Below are positions 63,197-64,000 of a DNA stretch of 64,000 bases, piece by piece (the first letter of the stretch is position 1; every line of letters starts with the position of its first letter). The stretch covers positions 7,467 to 71,466 of the forward strand of contig CAWBGT010000001.1 in the NCBI GenBank assembly GCA_963788375.1, in the 5' to 3' direction. The stretch comes from an uncultured Chloroflexia bacterium. GTDB lineage: Bacteria > Chloroflexota > Limnocylindria > Limnocylindrales > CSP1-4. A model generated the notes under the pieces. That model searched no databases. It had not been told where the DNA came from and saw nothing but the letters and a program-made list of their open reading frames with translations. The position numbers and the translations under genes are program-made.

Positions 63197-63778
63197 TCAG
63201 CCGCCCGTCGCTCCTGACGGGATGGTCGTCCGGGCGGGGGTGCTGCCGGCGAGATCGCCATCGGAATGGAGCTGCATCGCAGCAACGAAGTCTCGGGCAA
63301 GCTGGTCGGCGTCAGGATCAACAGCCAACTCGCCGTCCTCGATGTACACGAGGACTGACGACGGGTCAGCGGCGACTTGCCCGATCCCGATCGCGCGCTT
63401 CGCGCGGTGGTAGCGGCGCGTCGCCGCCACATAGGTCGCGAGCTTCACGTGGTCCAGCTCCTCGCTCGCCATGTACGCGAGCAGTTCTTCGCCCATCAGG
63501 AACCGACCCATCGACTCCGTCACCGCCCCGGAGAGAACGCGTTCGCGGCGGGTGAGGACCGTCTCGGCGAGGTTCTCCATCGCCTCACTCGACCCCTCGA
63601 GGACGAGCCGCGTGGCCTCGATCCAGCCAGGTGGTCCGAGAGTCGCAAGGGCGTTGATCAGCTCCCGGATGGGTTCTGGCAGTGCCATCCGAGGCGGCGG
63701 CGCTCCGCCCTCAAAGTGTGCGTCCAGGCCCTCCGTCCACGAGCCGATGGATGCCATGTCGGGCCGGTCGCGGCGCAC
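63197..63778 (-). CDS. hypothetical protein (possibly 3' part of a frameshifted gene continuing to the window edge)
   Basis: 193-aa ORF with protein-like composition. A different frame upstream (63790-64000, minus strand) also reads protein-like and is open to the window end. Confidence 0.3.
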   Translation of the reverse strand: MRRDRPDMASIGSWTEGLDAHFEGGAPPPRMALPEPIRELINALATLGPPGWIEATRLVLEGSSEAMENLAETVLTRRERVLSGAVTESMGRFLMGEELLAYMASEELDHVKLATYVAATRRYHRAKRAIGIGQVAADPSSVLVYIEDGELAVDPDADQLARDFVAAMQLHSDGDLAGSTPARTTIPSGATGG

Positions 63779-64000
63779 CTCTGCGAGATAGAGCCCCCGG
63801 TCCAGGTAGTGACCGAAGAGATCGAGCCTCCTCCGCGGCGAGCACGTTCAGGCCTTCGAGATCCTGTCGCCGCTGAAGGAAATGGACGAGCTGGCCGGCG
63901 GACTCCACCGTCTCGACGATGGCTCGGAGATCGGTGACGCTGACCGACCAGATCCAGGGCTTTGCCGTCGCGACGCCGACCTTCTCGAGTTCGTCCCATC

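Noticed and set aside
1-64000. Search for tRNA/rRNA, transposase/integrase, toxin-antitoxin pairs, cas genes
   Set aside because: No GTTCGA(A/T)TCC-type T-arm contexts, no DDE or tyrosine-recombinase-like ORFs, and no CRISPR architecture were found. The repeat islands therefore lack an obvious autonomous mobility gene.

Overview
This window is a very high-GC (about 70-73 percent), gene-dense chromosomal segment that looks actinobacterial. The evidence for that placement is an F420-type luciferase-like oxidoreductase, a mycoredoxin-like protein, MoxR-DUF58-DUF4129, and GTG/TTG start codons with GGAGG-type RBS. I found no rRNA, tRNA, transposase, integrase or CRISPR array. Identifiable content, from start to end:
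- A RecQ-type helicase C-terminus fused to a ComF-like phosphoribosyltransferase domain, truncated at the 5' edge of the window.
- A Tat-secreted glycine-rich repeat protein with a small zinc-ribbon gene immediately upstream on the same strand.
- An aldo/keto reductase.
- A roughly 2 kb almost gene-free island made of GC-rich tandem and direct repeats around a small XRE-type HTH gene. A second paralogous HTH gene at 25877 is also flanked by related tandem repeats.
- A UvrD/PcrA-type helicase with HRDC tail.
- Two very large secreted repeat proteins (Ig/cadherin-like and FN3-like) that share a C-terminal domain.
- Three ABC transporter operons: two ABC-2 importer/exporter-like sets and a MarR-controlled heterodimeric exporter.
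- Housekeeping genes: SAM methyltransferases, an F420 LLM oxidoreductase, nucleoside deoxyribosyltransferase, aspartate aminotransferase, MoxR-DUF58-DUF4129, L-lactate dehydrogenase, cysE-cysK, a GMC oxidoreductase, PadR, a YbjN-like protein, and an OmpR/histidine-kinase pair.
- The most striking feature is a tightly coupled 9 kb plus-strand operon (47851-57193). It reads arsR, dsrE-like, dsrE, tusA, mvhD-like, a 922-aa HdrA-GltD fusion (HdrL-like), hdrA, a small winged-helix protein, an HdrC-like 2x[4Fe-4S] domain fused to a NarI/HdrE-like membrane domain, two hemerythrins and a small protein. There is no HdrB/CCG subunit. It looks like an undescribed membrane-anchored, possibly flavin-based electron-bifurcating Hdr-like sulfur-trafficking system.

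Coordinates derived by hand from the ORF track may be off by a few bases. Many long ORFs in alternative frames are GC-skew artefacts and were rejected.
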